Part shown: positions 32,450-42,657 of the stretch, one piece after another
How the letters are laid out: each line of letters begins with the position of its first letter
How positions within the stretch are numbered: the stretch's first letter is position 1
Assembly (NCBI GenBank): GCA_965261545.1
Contig: CBDHDF010000010.1
Coordinates: 992,001-1,056,000 of the forward strand
DNA: 64,000 bases
Reading direction: 5' to 3'
Origin: Bdellovibrionales bacterium
GTDB taxonomy: Bacteria > Bdellovibrionota > Bdellovibrionia > Bdellovibrionales > UBA1609
Made by a program: the position numbers and the translations under genes
The notes under the pieces: model-generated
Told to the model about the DNA's origin: nothing
Seen by the model: the letters and a program-made list of their open reading frames with translations, nothing else
The model's database searches: none

Positions 32450-32659
32450 CATAGGTGCTGCCTTCGTAGATAATGCCTCTACAGATGATCACTCTAACTT
32501 ATTTGGTGGATGGTTTAACTTTGTATCAGCAGCTTCGCTTTTTAAATATATAGAGAAAACGGATACACTCACCCATGCAGAAATCTGCCATCCTAAAGGG
32601 TGTGACATTCCACTCACCATTCTCAACAAAAGGTAAGTGATTTCTTACTAAACTTTATA

Positions 32660-32770
32660 ATTTGATGTGGAGCAGACCTTGGTAGCCACAGCTTTGGCAA
32701 TGTGGCTTTTGCCGGTTCCAGGGGAGTCAGTAAATAAGACATCCTTGTCTGCTTAATGAACTTTAAGTTC
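32660..32770 (-). pseudogene. Short degenerate IstB/DnaC-like ATPase fragment
   Basis: Minus-strand translation KDVLFTDSPGTGKSHIAKAVATKVC, a Walker A remnant with no intact ORF. Confidence 0.55.
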
Positions 32771-32914
32771 ATTAATTCAATTCCAAAACCTTCGAGAAAA
32801 CTCAGGAAAACATGAAAGATGAACTAATGCGTTAAGTAATTGAAACCATTAGTTATAAATTTTAATGACTTAGCGGGGATTTCTGAAAACGGATTCTGAC
32901 TACGAAACGAAAAA

Positions 32915-32989
32915 TGGATGGGGCGGCAGGGATCGAACCTGCGAATGACGGGATCAAAACCCGTTGCCTTACCACTTGGCTACGCCCCA
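32915..32989 (-). tRNA. tRNA-Gln(TTG)
   Basis: TGGGGCGTAGCCAAGTGGTAAGGC..., anticodon arm ACGGG-TT TTG AT-CCCGT, GGTTCGATCCC, encoded CCA. Confidence 0.95.
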
Positions 32990-33133
32990 GTTATGTGGAT
33001 ATAGATAGTTTTGATGGTTATTTTATAGCGAGCCTATGGGCTTGGGGCAAGGTCTATCACACCGAATGCCCTTGGACCTAATGCCACTTGTCAGAGGGGG
33101 ACATCGTCATCTCTTTGAAGTAAGGTCCCCCAC

Positions 33134-33928
33134 ATGGATAACCCTTGGAACCAACAGGCCCCTATTGCAGGCATTGAAAAAACCATTGTCATTGGCTCTG
33201 GCAAGGGTGGTGTCGGAAAAAGCACCGTTGCTGCCAACTTGGCTGTTGCCCTCCAGAAGGGCGGCCATAAAGTGGGTCTTCTCGATGCCGACCTCTACGG
33301 ACCCAGCCTCCCTCGAATCATGGGGGCTCTTGGGCAGCGTCCAGAAATGACCGAGGACCAAAAAATACTCCCCCTTGTTCGCTATGGACTGAAACTGATG
33401 AGCATGGGTTTTCTTATCGAAGAAAATGCTGCCGTGGTGTGGCGTGGCCCTATGCTTTTTAAGGCCATTCATCAATTTCTCAGAGATGTTCAATGGGGCG
33501 AGCTTGATTACCTCCTTGTGGACCTTCCTCCAGGAACAGGTGATATTCCCTTAAGCATGGCTCAAAAGGTTCCCGTGGATGGAGCCATTGTGGTTTGCAC
33601 TCCACAAAATATGGCTCTCACAGATGCTAAAAAGGCTGTGGATATGTTTCTTAAGATCAACATTCCCATTCTTGGTGTTGTCGAAAATATGGCATCCTTT
33701 ACCCCTCCCGGACAAAGTGAGGCTCTTTCTCTTTTTCCTAGGGGGGATCTTCATACTTTCTTAGAAACTCAAAAGATTTCCCAATTGGCAGAGCTTCCCT
33801 TTACTCAGGGTGTGGCCCTGTCCTGTGAAGCCGGAGTTCCCGCTGTGGAAAGCGATCCAAATATAAAGAAAAAGTTTGTAGCTCTTGCCAAAAAGGTGGA
33901 AGAACACTTTGTTGTTATTGGCTCGTGA
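33134..33928 (+). CDS. mrp: Mrp/NBP35 (ApbC) Fe-S carrier ATPase
   Basis: SGKGGVGKST, DADLYGPS, VWRGPM, DLPPGTGD, VENMA. Confidence 0.95.
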   Translation: MDNPWNQQAPIAGIEKTIVIGSGKGGVGKSTVAANLAVALQKGGHKVGLLDADLYGPSLPRIMGALGQRPEMTEDQKILPLVRYGLKLMSMGFLIEENAAVVWRGPMLFKAIHQFLRDVQWGELDYLLVDLPPGTGDIPLSMAQKVPVDGAIVVCTPQNMALTDAKKAVDMFLKINIPILGVVENMASFTPPGQSEALSLFPRGDLHTFLETQKISQLAELPFTQGVALSCEAGVPAVESDPNIKKKFVALAKKVEEHFVVIGS

Positions 33929-33936
33929 GTGTAAAA

Positions 33937-34110
33937 TTATAGCCTTCTTTTAAATATTCTAGTGATGGGACAGTAGCCCCAAGACCCAGTGGCAAGAAGA
34001 AGGAGCCCCATATAAGCCCATATGGGGCCTCCAGCAATAGCCCAAGTTAACATGATGGTTCCAAGAGCGAGGCGAGAAACCCTCTGAAGGAAAGATATAT
34101 TTACTTCCAT
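33937..34110 (-). CDS. DUF2892 (YgaP-like) small membrane protein
   Basis: N....R..RL..G, two TM helices, LLATG...YCP. Confidence 0.75.
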   Translation of the reverse strand: MEVNISFLQRVSRLALGTIMLTWAIAGGPIWAYMGLLLLATGSWGYCPITRIFKRRL

Positions 34111-34152
34111 AAAACCACCAGTCTCTACATGATTAAATAACATGATTTAATA

Positions 34153-34476
34153 TTATGGTTGAAGGGCATCTTTAAGCTCCCCAGCCTCAAACATTTCTGT
34201 GAGGATATCGCTACCTCCAATGAGCTTTTTATGGGCATAAAGCTGGGGAATGGTTGGCCAGTTGCCATACTCTTTAATGCCTTGGCGTATTTCCTCATCT
34301 TCAAGGACATCGACACTACCAAACTCCACCCCCATTTCATTGAGTATGGCGACAGCTCGTGCTGAAAAGCCACATTGGGGAAAAGAGGGAGATCCCTTCA
34401 TAAAAAGGACGACGGGGTTTTGAATTAATATTTGGTCAATGCGATCTTTTACGAGTGTTTCTATGTTGCCATTCAT
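34153..34476 (-). CDS. grxD: Monothiol glutaredoxin (Grx4)
   Basis: VVLFMKG...PQCGFS, WPTIPQLY, GGSDI. Confidence 0.95.
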   Translation of the reverse strand: MNGNIETLVKDRIDQILIQNPVVLFMKGSPSFPQCGFSARAVAILNEMGVEFGSVDVLEDEEIRQGIKEYGNWPTIPQLYAHKKLIGGSDILTEMFEAGELKDALQP

Positions 34477-34524
34477 TACAAGTTCCTTTTAGTTAGAATT
34501 TTTCTTAGTTAAAATTTCTCTTAG

Positions 34525-37491
34525 TTAAAATTTCTTCGTGCTTGAATAATTATTATTATCGTATGACTCCACGGGAAGGCAAGAGCAAATAAAGTGGCGA
34601 TCTCCGTGGACATTATCCACACGACTTACAGGGGGCCAGAATTTGTGTTGCTTGACCCAGGAGAGGGGGTAGGCCGCTTTCTTTCGTGAGTAGGAGTGAT
34701 TCCAAGAATCCCCCACGAGTTGTTCTATGGAGTGGGGGGCTTGAGAGAGAACATTGTCGGTGGGGTCGATCTTGTATTTTTCGATATTTTCTTCAATTTC
34801 ACGAATCTCATTTCGTATGGAAATCATGGCTTCGCAAAAGCGGTCGAGTTCTTCCTTGGATTCACTCTCCGTGGGTTCAATCATCAATGTTCCTACCACG
34901 GGCCAAGACATGGTGGGAGCGTGAAATCCGTAGTCTATAAGTCGTTTGGCAATGTCATCCACGGAGACCCCAGCTGTCACCTTAAATGGTCTTGTGTCCA
35001 CAATGCACTCATGGGCCACCCACCCCCCTTGGTTGGCGTAGAGAATCGGATAGTGGGAGGAGAGCCTTTGAGCCATATAGTTGGCATTTAATATGGCGAC
35101 CTCAGTGGCTTTTTTAAGACCCGCAGCCCCCATCATTGCAATATAGGCCCAGGAAATGGGAAGGATGCTGGCACTGCCCCAAGGTGCGGCTGAAATTGCG
35201 GAAATTCCCCTTTTGGGTCCACACTGTGGGACGATACTGTGTGTGGGAAGGTAGTTTTTGAGGTGTTCTGCTACAACAATGGGGCCGACCCCAGGCCCTC
35301 CTCCGCCATGGGGGATACAAAATGTTTTGTGGAGATTCAAGTGACAAACATCAGGCCCATTCAGAGCTCCAGGTTGGCAAAAACCAATAAGGGCATTGAG
35401 ATTGGCTCCATCCATGTAAACTTGCCCTCCATGTTTATGGATGAGTTCGCAAATGGAGAGAAAGCCTTCTTCAAAAACCCCATGGGTGGAAGGGTAGGTC
35501 ATCATCAGTGCGGCGAGATGATGACGGTGTTCGTGGGCCTTGGCTTTGAGATCCTTGAAATCAATGTTGCCTTGGTGGTCACACTGAACCACCACAACTT
35601 TCATACCAGCCATGATTGTGCTGGCGGGATTGGTGCCATGGGCAGAGCTGGGAATGAGGCATATATCTCTTTGGCCTTGCTGGCAGCTGCGGTGGTACTG
35701 TCGAATAACAAGAAGACCTGCAAGTTCACCCTGGGAACCTGCATTGGGTTGCAGGGAGATGGCAGCAAAGCCTGTAATTTCACAGAGCCAGCTTTCTAGC
35801 TCAGCAATCATTTCCATGTAACCTTCAGCTTGTTGGATCGGAGCTAGAGGGTGGAGTTGGTTCCATTCAGGCCATGTTATGGGCATCATCTCTGTGGTGG
35901 CATTGAGCTTCATGGTGCAGGAACCTAGAGGAATCATGGATTTGTTGAGGCACAGATCTTTCTCTTCAAGGCTTCGTATATAGCGAAGCATTTCTGTTTC
36001 CGAATGATAGGAGTTAAACACGACATGTGTGAGGTAGTTGGTTTTTCGTATAAGGTGATGGGGCCAAGTGGGGGCATCGCATGTGTCAGCCTCCACATCA
36101 TTATCACGATCACTATTATTATCATTGGATGACGTGTCATTATAAGATGATGTGTTAGCTTTCGTCTGTTCAAATTTCGCCTGTTCAAACAGAGAAAGCA
36201 ATTGGGCCACATCTTTTTTTGTGGTGGTTTCGTCCAAAGAGAGGCCCAAGTGTTCTTCGTCCCATTGGGCTAAGTTGAGCCCCCTTGCCTGAGTGAGTTG
36301 CACGACCTTGCGGACTTTGAATTTGTCCAAATGAATTTTTAAAGTATCAAAATAGTGAGGGTTCACCAGGCAGTCTCCTAGACTCCTTTGAAGGCCGAGG
36401 GCCAAGGCTCTTGTGAGCCTATGGACTCTTTGGGCTATGTTTTTAAGACCTTCGGGACCATGGTAAACGGCATACATAGAAGCCATCACTGCGGGCAAAA
36501 CTTGGGCGGTACAAATGTTGCTGGTGGCCTTTTCGCGACGAATATGCTGTTCACGGGTTTGCAGAGTGAGCCGAAGGGCCGTATGACCATGGACATCCTT
36601 GGAAACGCCAACAATGCGTCCGGGGAGAAGTCTCTTATGTAGCTTGCGACAGGCAATATAGGCGGCGTGAGGTCCCCCAAAACCCATGGGCATCCCAAAT
36701 CGCTGGGTGGTTCCGTAGGTGATATCGGCCCCCCACTCTCCTGGAGACTGCAAGACACAAAGGGAAAGCAAATCAGCCCCCCAAATCATAAGAGCTTTGT
36801 GAAGATGAGCCTTTTGAGTAAGGAGGGCTCCATCTTCCACAGCACCACAGGCCCCAGGAGATTGAGCAATCACAGCAAAAACAGGCTCGTTTTCAAAGTT
36901 ATGTTCCATGGCTTTTTTGTGGAGAATTTCAATGCCCATAGGTTCACAGCGAGTCTTTAATATTTCCAAACTCTGGGGAAATAAACTTTGATCCACAAGA
37001 AGCCGGTGACCTCTCTTTTTTTGAATATCGTGGGCCATGGACACGGCTTCTCCCGCTGCTGTTCCTTCATCGAGAAGGGAGGCGTTGGCCACATCCATAC
37101 CTGTGAGGTCGATAATCATAGTTTGAAAGTTCAAAAGAGCTTCCATACGTCCTTGGGAAATTTCGGCTTGATAGGGAGTATAGGCCGTGTACCACCCTGG
37201 ATTTTCTAAAATATTTCTAAGGATCACATGGGGGGTATGGCAATTGTAATACCCCATGCCGATGTAGGATTTAAATATTTTATTTTTGTCAGAGAGGTCG
37301 CGAGATCGCTGGAGGCACTCCACTTCACTGAGGGGAGTCTCTAAATTTAAAAAAGACTTCATATTTTGAATATCGCAGGGAGCAGACTTTTGAATAAGCT
37401 CTTTAAGGCTACCTAGCTTTAAGAAGCGGAGCATTTCTGAAATATCAGAATCACTGGGGCCAATATGGCGTGAAGTGAAATCAGATCTCAT
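34525..37491 (-). CDS. gcvP: Glycine dehydrogenase (decarboxylating)
   Basis: [47 protein letters not shown]. Confidence 0.97.
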   Translation of the reverse strand: MRSDFTSRHIGPSDSDISEMLRFLKLGSLKELIQKSAPCDIQNMKSFLNLETPLSEVECLQRSRDLSDKNKIFKSYIGMGYYNCHTPHVILRNILENPGWYTAYTPYQAEISQGRMEALLNFQTMIIDLTGMDVANASLLDEGTAAGEAVSMAHDIQKKRGHRLLVDQSLFPQSLEILKTRCEPMGIEILHKKAMEHNFENEPVFAVIAQSPGACGAVEDGALLTQKAHLHKALMIWGADLLSLCVLQSPGEWGADITYGTTQRFGMPMGFGGPHAAYIACRKLHKRLLPGRIVGVSKDVHGHTALRLTLQTREQHIRREKATSNICTAQVLPAVMASMYAVYHGPEGLKNIAQRVHRLTRALALGLQRSLGDCLVNPHYFDTLKIHLDKFKVRKVVQLTQARGLNLAQWDEEHLGLSLDETTTKKDVAQLLSLFEQAKFEQTKANTSSYNDTSSNDNNSDRDNDVEADTCDAPTWPHHLIRKTNYLTHVVFNSYHSETEMLRYIRSLEEKDLCLNKSMIPLGSCTMKLNATTEMMPITWPEWNQLHPLAPIQQAEGYMEMIAELESWLCEITGFAAISLQPNAGSQGELAGLLVIRQYHRSCQQGQRDICLIPSSAHGTNPASTIMAGMKVVVVQCDHQGNIDFKDLKAKAHEHRHHLAALMMTYPSTHGVFEEGFLSICELIHKHGGQVYMDGANLNALIGFCQPGALNGPDVCHLNLHKTFCIPHGGGGPGVGPIVVAEHLKNYLPTHSIVPQCGPKRGISAISAAPWGSASILPISWAYIAMMGAAGLKKATEVAILNANYMAQRLSSHYPILYANQGGWVAHECIVDTRPFKVTAGVSVDDIAKRLIDYGFHAPTMSWPVVGTLMIEPTESESKEELDRFCEAMISIRNEIREIEENIEKYKIDPTDNVLSQAPHSIEQLVGDSWNHSYSRKKAAYPLSWVKQHKFWPPVSRVDNVHGDRHFICSCLPVESYDNNNYSSTKKF

Positions 37492-37492
37492 T

Positions 37493-38143
37493 TTATTGGG
37501 TTTGCTTTTTATTAGTCTTTGTGATCTTTGTAGCTTTTTTTGTAGCTGCCTTCCTCGTTGTTTTCTTTTTTGTGGATTTGGTCTTCTTGGCTTTTTTCTC
37601 AGTTTTCTTTTTCTTTCTGAGTTTCTTTTTGAGTTTCGTAGATGCCTTTTTCAGTTCAGTTTTTTGTTGCTGTACTTTTTTCTTCAATAGAACAAAGGAG
37701 GATCCCATTTCTTGACCCGTTTCACGTAACTTTCTCAACGCCCTATTGAAATCCCTGTCAAATTGCTTTTGGGCACTGGCAATAGATTTATTGAGTTTTT
37801 GAAATCTAGCCTCTGCGTCTTTAAGGCGCTTTTGCGCGGATGGACTTAAATGAGATTCCAAATTAAAATTTTGAATTTCATTTTGAATCTCCTTGGAGAG
37901 ACGGGAGAACTCTTTTTTAAGTTCATCTACATCTTTGATCTTCTTCAATCTTTGGGTGGCTTCTTTGATTTTGCTCCAATTTATAGACTTGGCGCTTTTA
38001 GAATTCTTGGCATTTTTAGAGCCCTTGGCGCTTTTAGGATCCTTGGCGTTTTTAGAGCCCTTGGCACTTGCAGAACCCTTAGAGTTTTTAGAACTCTCAG
38101 AACTTTTAGAACTTTTAGAATTTTCAGAACTCTTGGAATCCAT
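37493..38143 (-). CDS. Lys/Ser-rich coiled-coil hypothetical protein with histone-like basic tail
   Basis: 216-aa ORF directly upstream of gcvP with GGAGG SD. N-terminal SKS/AKG repeats. Confidence 0.7.
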   Translation of the reverse strand: MDSKSSENSKSSKSSESSKNSKGSASAKGSKNAKDPKSAKGSKNAKNSKSAKSINWSKIKEATQRLKKIKDVDELKKEFSRLSKEIQNEIQNFNLESHLSPSAQKRLKDAEARFQKLNKSIASAQKQFDRDFNRALRKLRETGQEMGSSFVLLKKKVQQQKTELKKASTKLKKKLRKKKKTEKKAKKTKSTKKKTTRKAATKKATKITKTNKKQTQ

Positions 38144-38296
38144 AATTTACCTCCATGCTAGTTGGTGTGGCCCTAGTGCCACCGCCTATTCTTCTTAGCC
38201 TTTACTAATACTTCTTATTCTTATAATTAGTTATGGTTGTCAACCTTATGACTCTTATGACTTGACCTCCACCTCTGGGCTTTGTAGTCCGTAAAT

Positions 38297-39643
38297 GTGC
38301 TTTGTACGACATTTTCCAAGTCCATCCAAGGGCTTTCTCTCCGCCAAGCTAAGTTATTTCCTGAGAAATTTGATTCATGGCTCGGTGGAGTTGTACTTGC
38401 CGCTGATGGTCGCTTTCTCCATCTGGGGGGGCAGGGGTTGGCGTTGAGAGCCTTACACTCTGGACTCCCCCCTCTATTTCAAGGGGATAAGGTTCTCATA
38501 AGATTGGGAAAAAAAGAGTTTCACCAGTGGTTGCAAGAGAGTCAATATCTAGTCAGTGAGATTTTTGAAGTCGAAGTTTTAGCCCCGGCCTATGGTCAGA
38601 GAAGATTAAATGGCCAGAGAAGATTCAATACCCAGAAAAGGTTGCAGGGAGAGGAAATGGGATCTTTAAGTTCCCACCGGTATCATTTGACTCAACTTTG
38701 GAATGAGTTTGTTCAGGTCACAAGGGATTACTTTAAAGAAAAGGGCTTTGTGGAAACTTCCACCCCTAGCTTAGTAAAGTGCCCAGGACTTGAACCCACC
38801 CTGGAACCCATGGCGACGACAGTTTCCGTGGGGCAGAGTTCAAAAACGCTTTTTCTACCTACGAGCCCCGAATTGCACTTGAAGAAGCTTTTATCCCAGG
38901 GTTGGAGTGAAATCTTTGAAGTGAGATCTTGCTTTCGCAATGGAGAACTTTCTTCATCTCACCAACCTGAATTTACCATTCTTGAGTGGTATCGAGCCTA
39001 TGATTCCCTAGGGTCTATCGCTGATGATCTTCAAGGATTGATGGGAGTCTTTGCCAAAAGAGGTTTTATTTTGGGACCCTCAAAAGGTTACATTGGTGAA
39101 AAGAAATTTCAAATTTGCTCCCTAGCCCAACTTTTTTTAGAGCATACGGGGATAAAGCTTACCCCATGGACGCCACGAAGCGAGCTTGTGGAGTATTGTG
39201 AGTCTATTTCTCAACCTGTAAGCCCTGAGGACACATGGGATGATGTTTTTCACCTTATTTTTCTCACAAAAATAGAGTGTCACCTCGGTATTGCAGGACC
39301 TGAGTTGATTCATAACTTTCCCCCCTCTCAAGCAGCCTTGGCTCAAATCAATAAAGAGGGGTGGGCCGATCGCTTTGAGTTTTATTGGAGGGGCTTTGAA
39401 ATCGGCAACGCCTTTAATGAGTTGACGGACCCTGTGGAACAAAGGCGAAGAATGGAAAAAGAAGTTCTTTTGAGAAAGCAAAGGGGGCAGACAGAGGTTC
39501 CCATGGATGAAGAGTTTATAGAAGCTCTTGAAAGGGGGGTGCCCCCCTGCGCAGGTATTGCTGTGGGACTTGAAAGATTGTTTCTGGCTTGTCGAAAAAT
39601 GGAAAGCCTTGGTGATTTGCGCCTTTTTCCCTATTCTATGTGA
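38297..39643 (+). CDS. epmA: EF-P lysine ligase EpmA (GenX/PoxA) with N-terminal extension
   Basis: FLPTSPELHLKKLL, FRNGE...HQPEFTILEWY, RFEFY..G.EIGNAFNELTD, AGIAVGLERL. Start uncertain. Confidence 0.9.
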   Translation: MLCTTFSKSIQGLSLRQAKLFPEKFDSWLGGVVLAADGRFLHLGGQGLALRALHSGLPPLFQGDKVLIRLGKKEFHQWLQESQYLVSEIFEVEVLAPAYGQRRLNGQRRFNTQKRLQGEEMGSLSSHRYHLTQLWNEFVQVTRDYFKEKGFVETSTPSLVKCPGLEPTLEPMATTVSVGQSSKTLFLPTSPELHLKKLLSQGWSEIFEVRSCFRNGELSSSHQPEFTILEWYRAYDSLGSIADDLQGLMGVFAKRGFILGPSKGYIGEKKFQICSLAQLFLEHTGIKLTPWTPRSELVEYCESISQPVSPEDTWDDVFHLIFLTKIECHLGIAGPELIHNFPPSQAALAQINKEGWADRFEFYWRGFEIGNAFNELTDPVEQRRRMEKEVLLRKQRGQTEVPMDEEFIEALERGVPPCAGIAVGLERLFLACRKMESLGDLRLFPYSM

Positions 39644-40854
39644 GCCAAGGTCTTTTTATAAGCCTCAACGGTTTGGCGGACCATTTGCTTGGTATCAAAA
39701 AGGCTCATAACCTTTTGGCGAGCCCGTTGCCCTATGAGCCCCATGGCCAAATGACCTTCGGAGATCTTAATGAGAAGTTGGTACAAATTTCCCACATCGG
39801 CGGGGCGTATGAGAAAACCATCCACTTGGTCCTCAACCACTGTGGAAATGGGGCTCATCTCAGAACCGATGATGACCTTTTGTTGAGCCATGGCTTCGAT
39901 CATACTTGGGTCAAGCCCGGAGGTTCTAGAACTTAAATTGACAAAGGTGTCGGCAAGGGCAATGTAGTCCAGAAGATCAAGATGGCTAACAGCACCTGTA
40001 AAAATGACCTTTGACCCTAGGGCCAAATCGAGCGTGTCTCTCTCAATCTTTTTAAACAAAGGGCCCTCTCCTATGATGATAAGCCGGGCCGAGGGCTTTT
40101 TAATCACCACTTTCTCAAAGGCGCGTAGTAGGTTTCTTATTTCAGCCACTTCAATCATATCTGTGGAGGTCACAGTGATTCGAGCCGATTCGGGGAGGCC
40201 AAGCTTTTTTCGTAGCTCTTCAGACCTTTCTCTGGGAGATAAATCTCCAATTTCAATACCATAGGGGATGGAGTATGTTCTAAGCTCAGGGTATAGGTAG
40301 TGTCTTTCAAGGGCCATCTTTTGCTGGGGACTTGTCACAAACATACCGTCGGCCGTCTTTAATAATTTACGATCTCCTCCATAGTAGGTTTTAAGAAACA
40401 CATAGGCCACCTTCAAACTAGTGCGAATCATACTTGCAAAAGACTCTTGGGTGAGGCCCATAATAGAAAAAACCTGCGCCATTCTTGTGGCTTCTACATT
40501 GTAGGTCATGGCCACCTTGTATTGCTTTTTTTTCAAACCAATTTCTAGGCCATTTTTGTCGATGCTGTGAACAATATGAAAGGGTTTTTGAGCGTGAAGT
40601 TCAGAGAATTTTCTGTGAGCCACTGAGGAAAATTTTTCCCTGGGATAGAGGTGCCCCAGATAGAATGCAGAGATACCCTCTTCTTTAATTTCGTGTTGGC
40701 CTTGGGGATTGGTATGGGAGAGAACAGTGACTTCATGGTCTTGAGCGAGACCTCGCGCAATAGGCCATAGAAAGCCATGGGTTGCAGCCCTTCCCAATAA
40801 AGGAAATTTTTTGGCAACAAGGCAAATGGATAGTTTTTCTGAGTGACGAGTCAT
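39631..40854 (-). CDS. Glycosyltransferase family 4
   Basis: GT-B pattern: IPYGI, LIIIGEGP, IFTGAV, IEAMA, DGFLI.P.D. Confidence 0.88.
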   Translation of the reverse strand: MTRHSEKLSICLVAKKFPLLGRAATHGFLWPIARGLAQDHEVTVLSHTNPQGQHEIKEEGISAFYLGHLYPREKFSSVAHRKFSELHAQKPFHIVHSIDKNGLEIGLKKKQYKVAMTYNVEATRMAQVFSIMGLTQESFASMIRTSLKVAYVFLKTYYGGDRKLLKTADGMFVTSPQQKMALERHYLYPELRTYSIPYGIEIGDLSPRERSEELRKKLGLPESARITVTSTDMIEVAEIRNLLRAFEKVVIKKPSARLIIIGEGPLFKKIERDTLDLALGSKVIFTGAVSHLDLLDYIALADTFVNLSSRTSGLDPSMIEAMAQQKVIIGSEMSPISTVVEDQVDGFLIRPADVGNLYQLLIKISEGHLAMGLIGQRARQKVMSLFDTKQMVRQTVEAYKKTLAHIE

Positions 40855-40944
40855 AGACCTAGAGCTTACCTCGATTTTTAGATAGATGGCCAGTTATAAA
40901 AGCAAGTGGGATCGTATATTCTACAGTAAGCTCAAGGAGGTAGT

Positions 40945-42657
40945 TTGTCCCGTCGCAAAGGCCTAGGTGAAATTTTTGTTGAAAAGGGCTTCATTAGTTT
41001 TGCTCAACTTGAAGAAGCTCGCCAAGAGCAGAAGGCTGGCAATGGTCAATTGACCTCTATTCTTGTCCACAAGGGACTTGTTAAAGAACAAGATTTACTC
41101 AATTTTCTAGGCGAAGAATACAGCTTGGCCGTGATTGATTTGAATCAATTCGAAGTGGATCCCGAAGCCGTCAAACTCGTTCCCCAACGCATTTGTGAAA
41201 AACATCGGGTCATTCCCATTCAAAAAGCGGATCGAACTTTAGTGGTCGCCTTTTCCGACCCAAGCAATATCTTTGTGAAAGATGATTTAAGCCTTTTGAC
41301 TCGATGTAAGATTGAGCTGGTTCTTAGTTCAGAAAGAGCTATTTTAGCGGCCATTGACACCCACTATGGAACCACCAATCAGCAGATGTCGGACTTGATG
41401 TCTGAAATGGAAGATGGGGACGAAGAACTTAGTGTGGAAGGGGATGACGATGTCATCGATAAGAGCGCTGATATTGATGATGGTCCCATTATTAAGTTTG
41501 TGAATGCCATGTTGGCCGAAGCCATTAAATTAAAAGCATCAGATATTCATGTTGAGCCTTATGAAAAACGCCTAAGAATCCGATTTAGGATTGATGGGGT
41601 TTTGCAGGAAAAAACCCAGCCACCCGTGGGAGCCGCAGCGAATATTGTCAGTCGTATTAAGGTTTTGTGTCGTATGGATATTGCCCAAAAGAGATTGCCT
41701 CAAGATGGTCGTTTCAAAGTGAAACTCCAAAAGGGAGCAAGCATTGACTTTCGTGTCAGTTGCTTGCCGACATTCTCTGGTGAGAAGGTGGTTCTGCGTA
41801 TTTTGGATAAATCCAACTTGCAGGTCAAAGTGGAAGACATTGGATTTGAGTCTACGGACTTTGAGATGTTTCAAAAGGTGATCCATCAACCCCAAGGAAT
41901 GGTTCTTATCACGGGGCCCACGGGAAGTGGTAAAACAACCACCATTTACTCAGCACTTGCAGAACTAAACAAGGTGACAGCCAATATTTCTACAGCTGAA
42001 GACCCTGTGGAATTCAACTTGGATGGAATCAATCAAGTACAGGTCAACAACGAAATCGGCTTTACTTTTCCTGCGGCTCTACGCTCCTTTTTGAGGCAAG
42101 ACCCTGACATCATTATGGTGGGAGAGATTCGTGATTTAGACACAGCATCTATTGCCTACAAGGCGGCATCCACAGGTCACTTGGTGGTGAGCACCCTTCA
42201 CACCAATGACGCCGCAGGGACGGTGAATAGATTGATCAATATGGGTGTTCCGGCCTATGTGGTGGCGGAGGCCACCACCCTGATTGTCGCTCAAAGGCTG
42301 ATTAAAACCATTTGTCCCAACTGTATCGTGGATCATACCGTGGATACGGAGACTTTGATGGACTTGGGAGTGCCCGAAGAAGATTTGGACAAATTCGGCC
42401 AACTAAGCCGTGGAGAAGGTTGTCCTCGGTGCAATGGGTCGGGTCTTTCGGGTCGAATGGCTATTTTTGAAGTGATGAAAGTCTCAGGTGCTGTTAAAGA
42501 GACCATACTTCGTGGGGATTCAGCCCTTTCCATTAAGAAGCACGCCATAAGACATGAGGGCATGACATCCTTAAGACATAGTGCCCTCTTAAAACTCATG
42601 AGGGCGCAGACCACTGTGGAAGAGGTTCTCAATGTTTCAGTGGGAGATGAAGATTGA
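40945..42657 (+). CDS. pilB: Type IV pilus assembly ATPase PilB
   Basis: MshEN-like N-terminus, ASDIHVEP, GPTGSGKTTT, LRQDPDIIMVGEIRD, tetra-Cys motif. Confidence 0.95.
   Translation: MSRRKGLGEIFVEKGFISFAQLEEARQEQKAGNGQLTSILVHKGLVKEQDLLNFLGEEYSLAVIDLNQFEVDPEAVKLVPQRICEKHRVIPIQKADRTLVVAFSDPSNIFVKDDLSLLTRCKIELVLSSERAILAAIDTHYGTTNQQMSDLMSEMEDGDEELSVEGDDDVIDKSADIDDGPIIKFVNAMLAEAIKLKASDIHVEPYEKRLRIRFRIDGVLQEKTQPPVGAAANIVSRIKVLCRMDIAQKRLPQDGRFKVKLQKGASIDFRVSCLPTFSGEKVVLRILDKSNLQVKVEDIGFESTDFEMFQKVIHQPQGMVLITGPTGSGKTTTIYSALAELNKVTANISTAEDPVEFNLDGINQVQVNNEIGFTFPAALRSFLRQDPDIIMVGEIRDLDTASIAYKAASTGHLVVSTLHTNDAAGTVNRLINMGVPAYVVAEATTLIVAQRLIKTICPNCIVDHTVDTETLMDLGVPEEDLDKFGQLSRGEGCPRCNGSGLSGRMAIFEVMKVSGAVKETILRGDSALSIKKHAIRHEGMTSLRHSALLKLMRAQTTVEEVLNVSVGDED

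Larger units (their letters stand above)
29836..32636 (+). pseudogene. DUF2145-like exported protein disrupted by an antisense group II intron
   Basis: ARAG.D.S, Y.H.GIA, HVLNTC, ANPF...YQNSNGW motifs. Removing 30540-32449 restores GFFK-S-IGAAF... in frame to TAA at 32634-32636. Confidence 0.85.
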
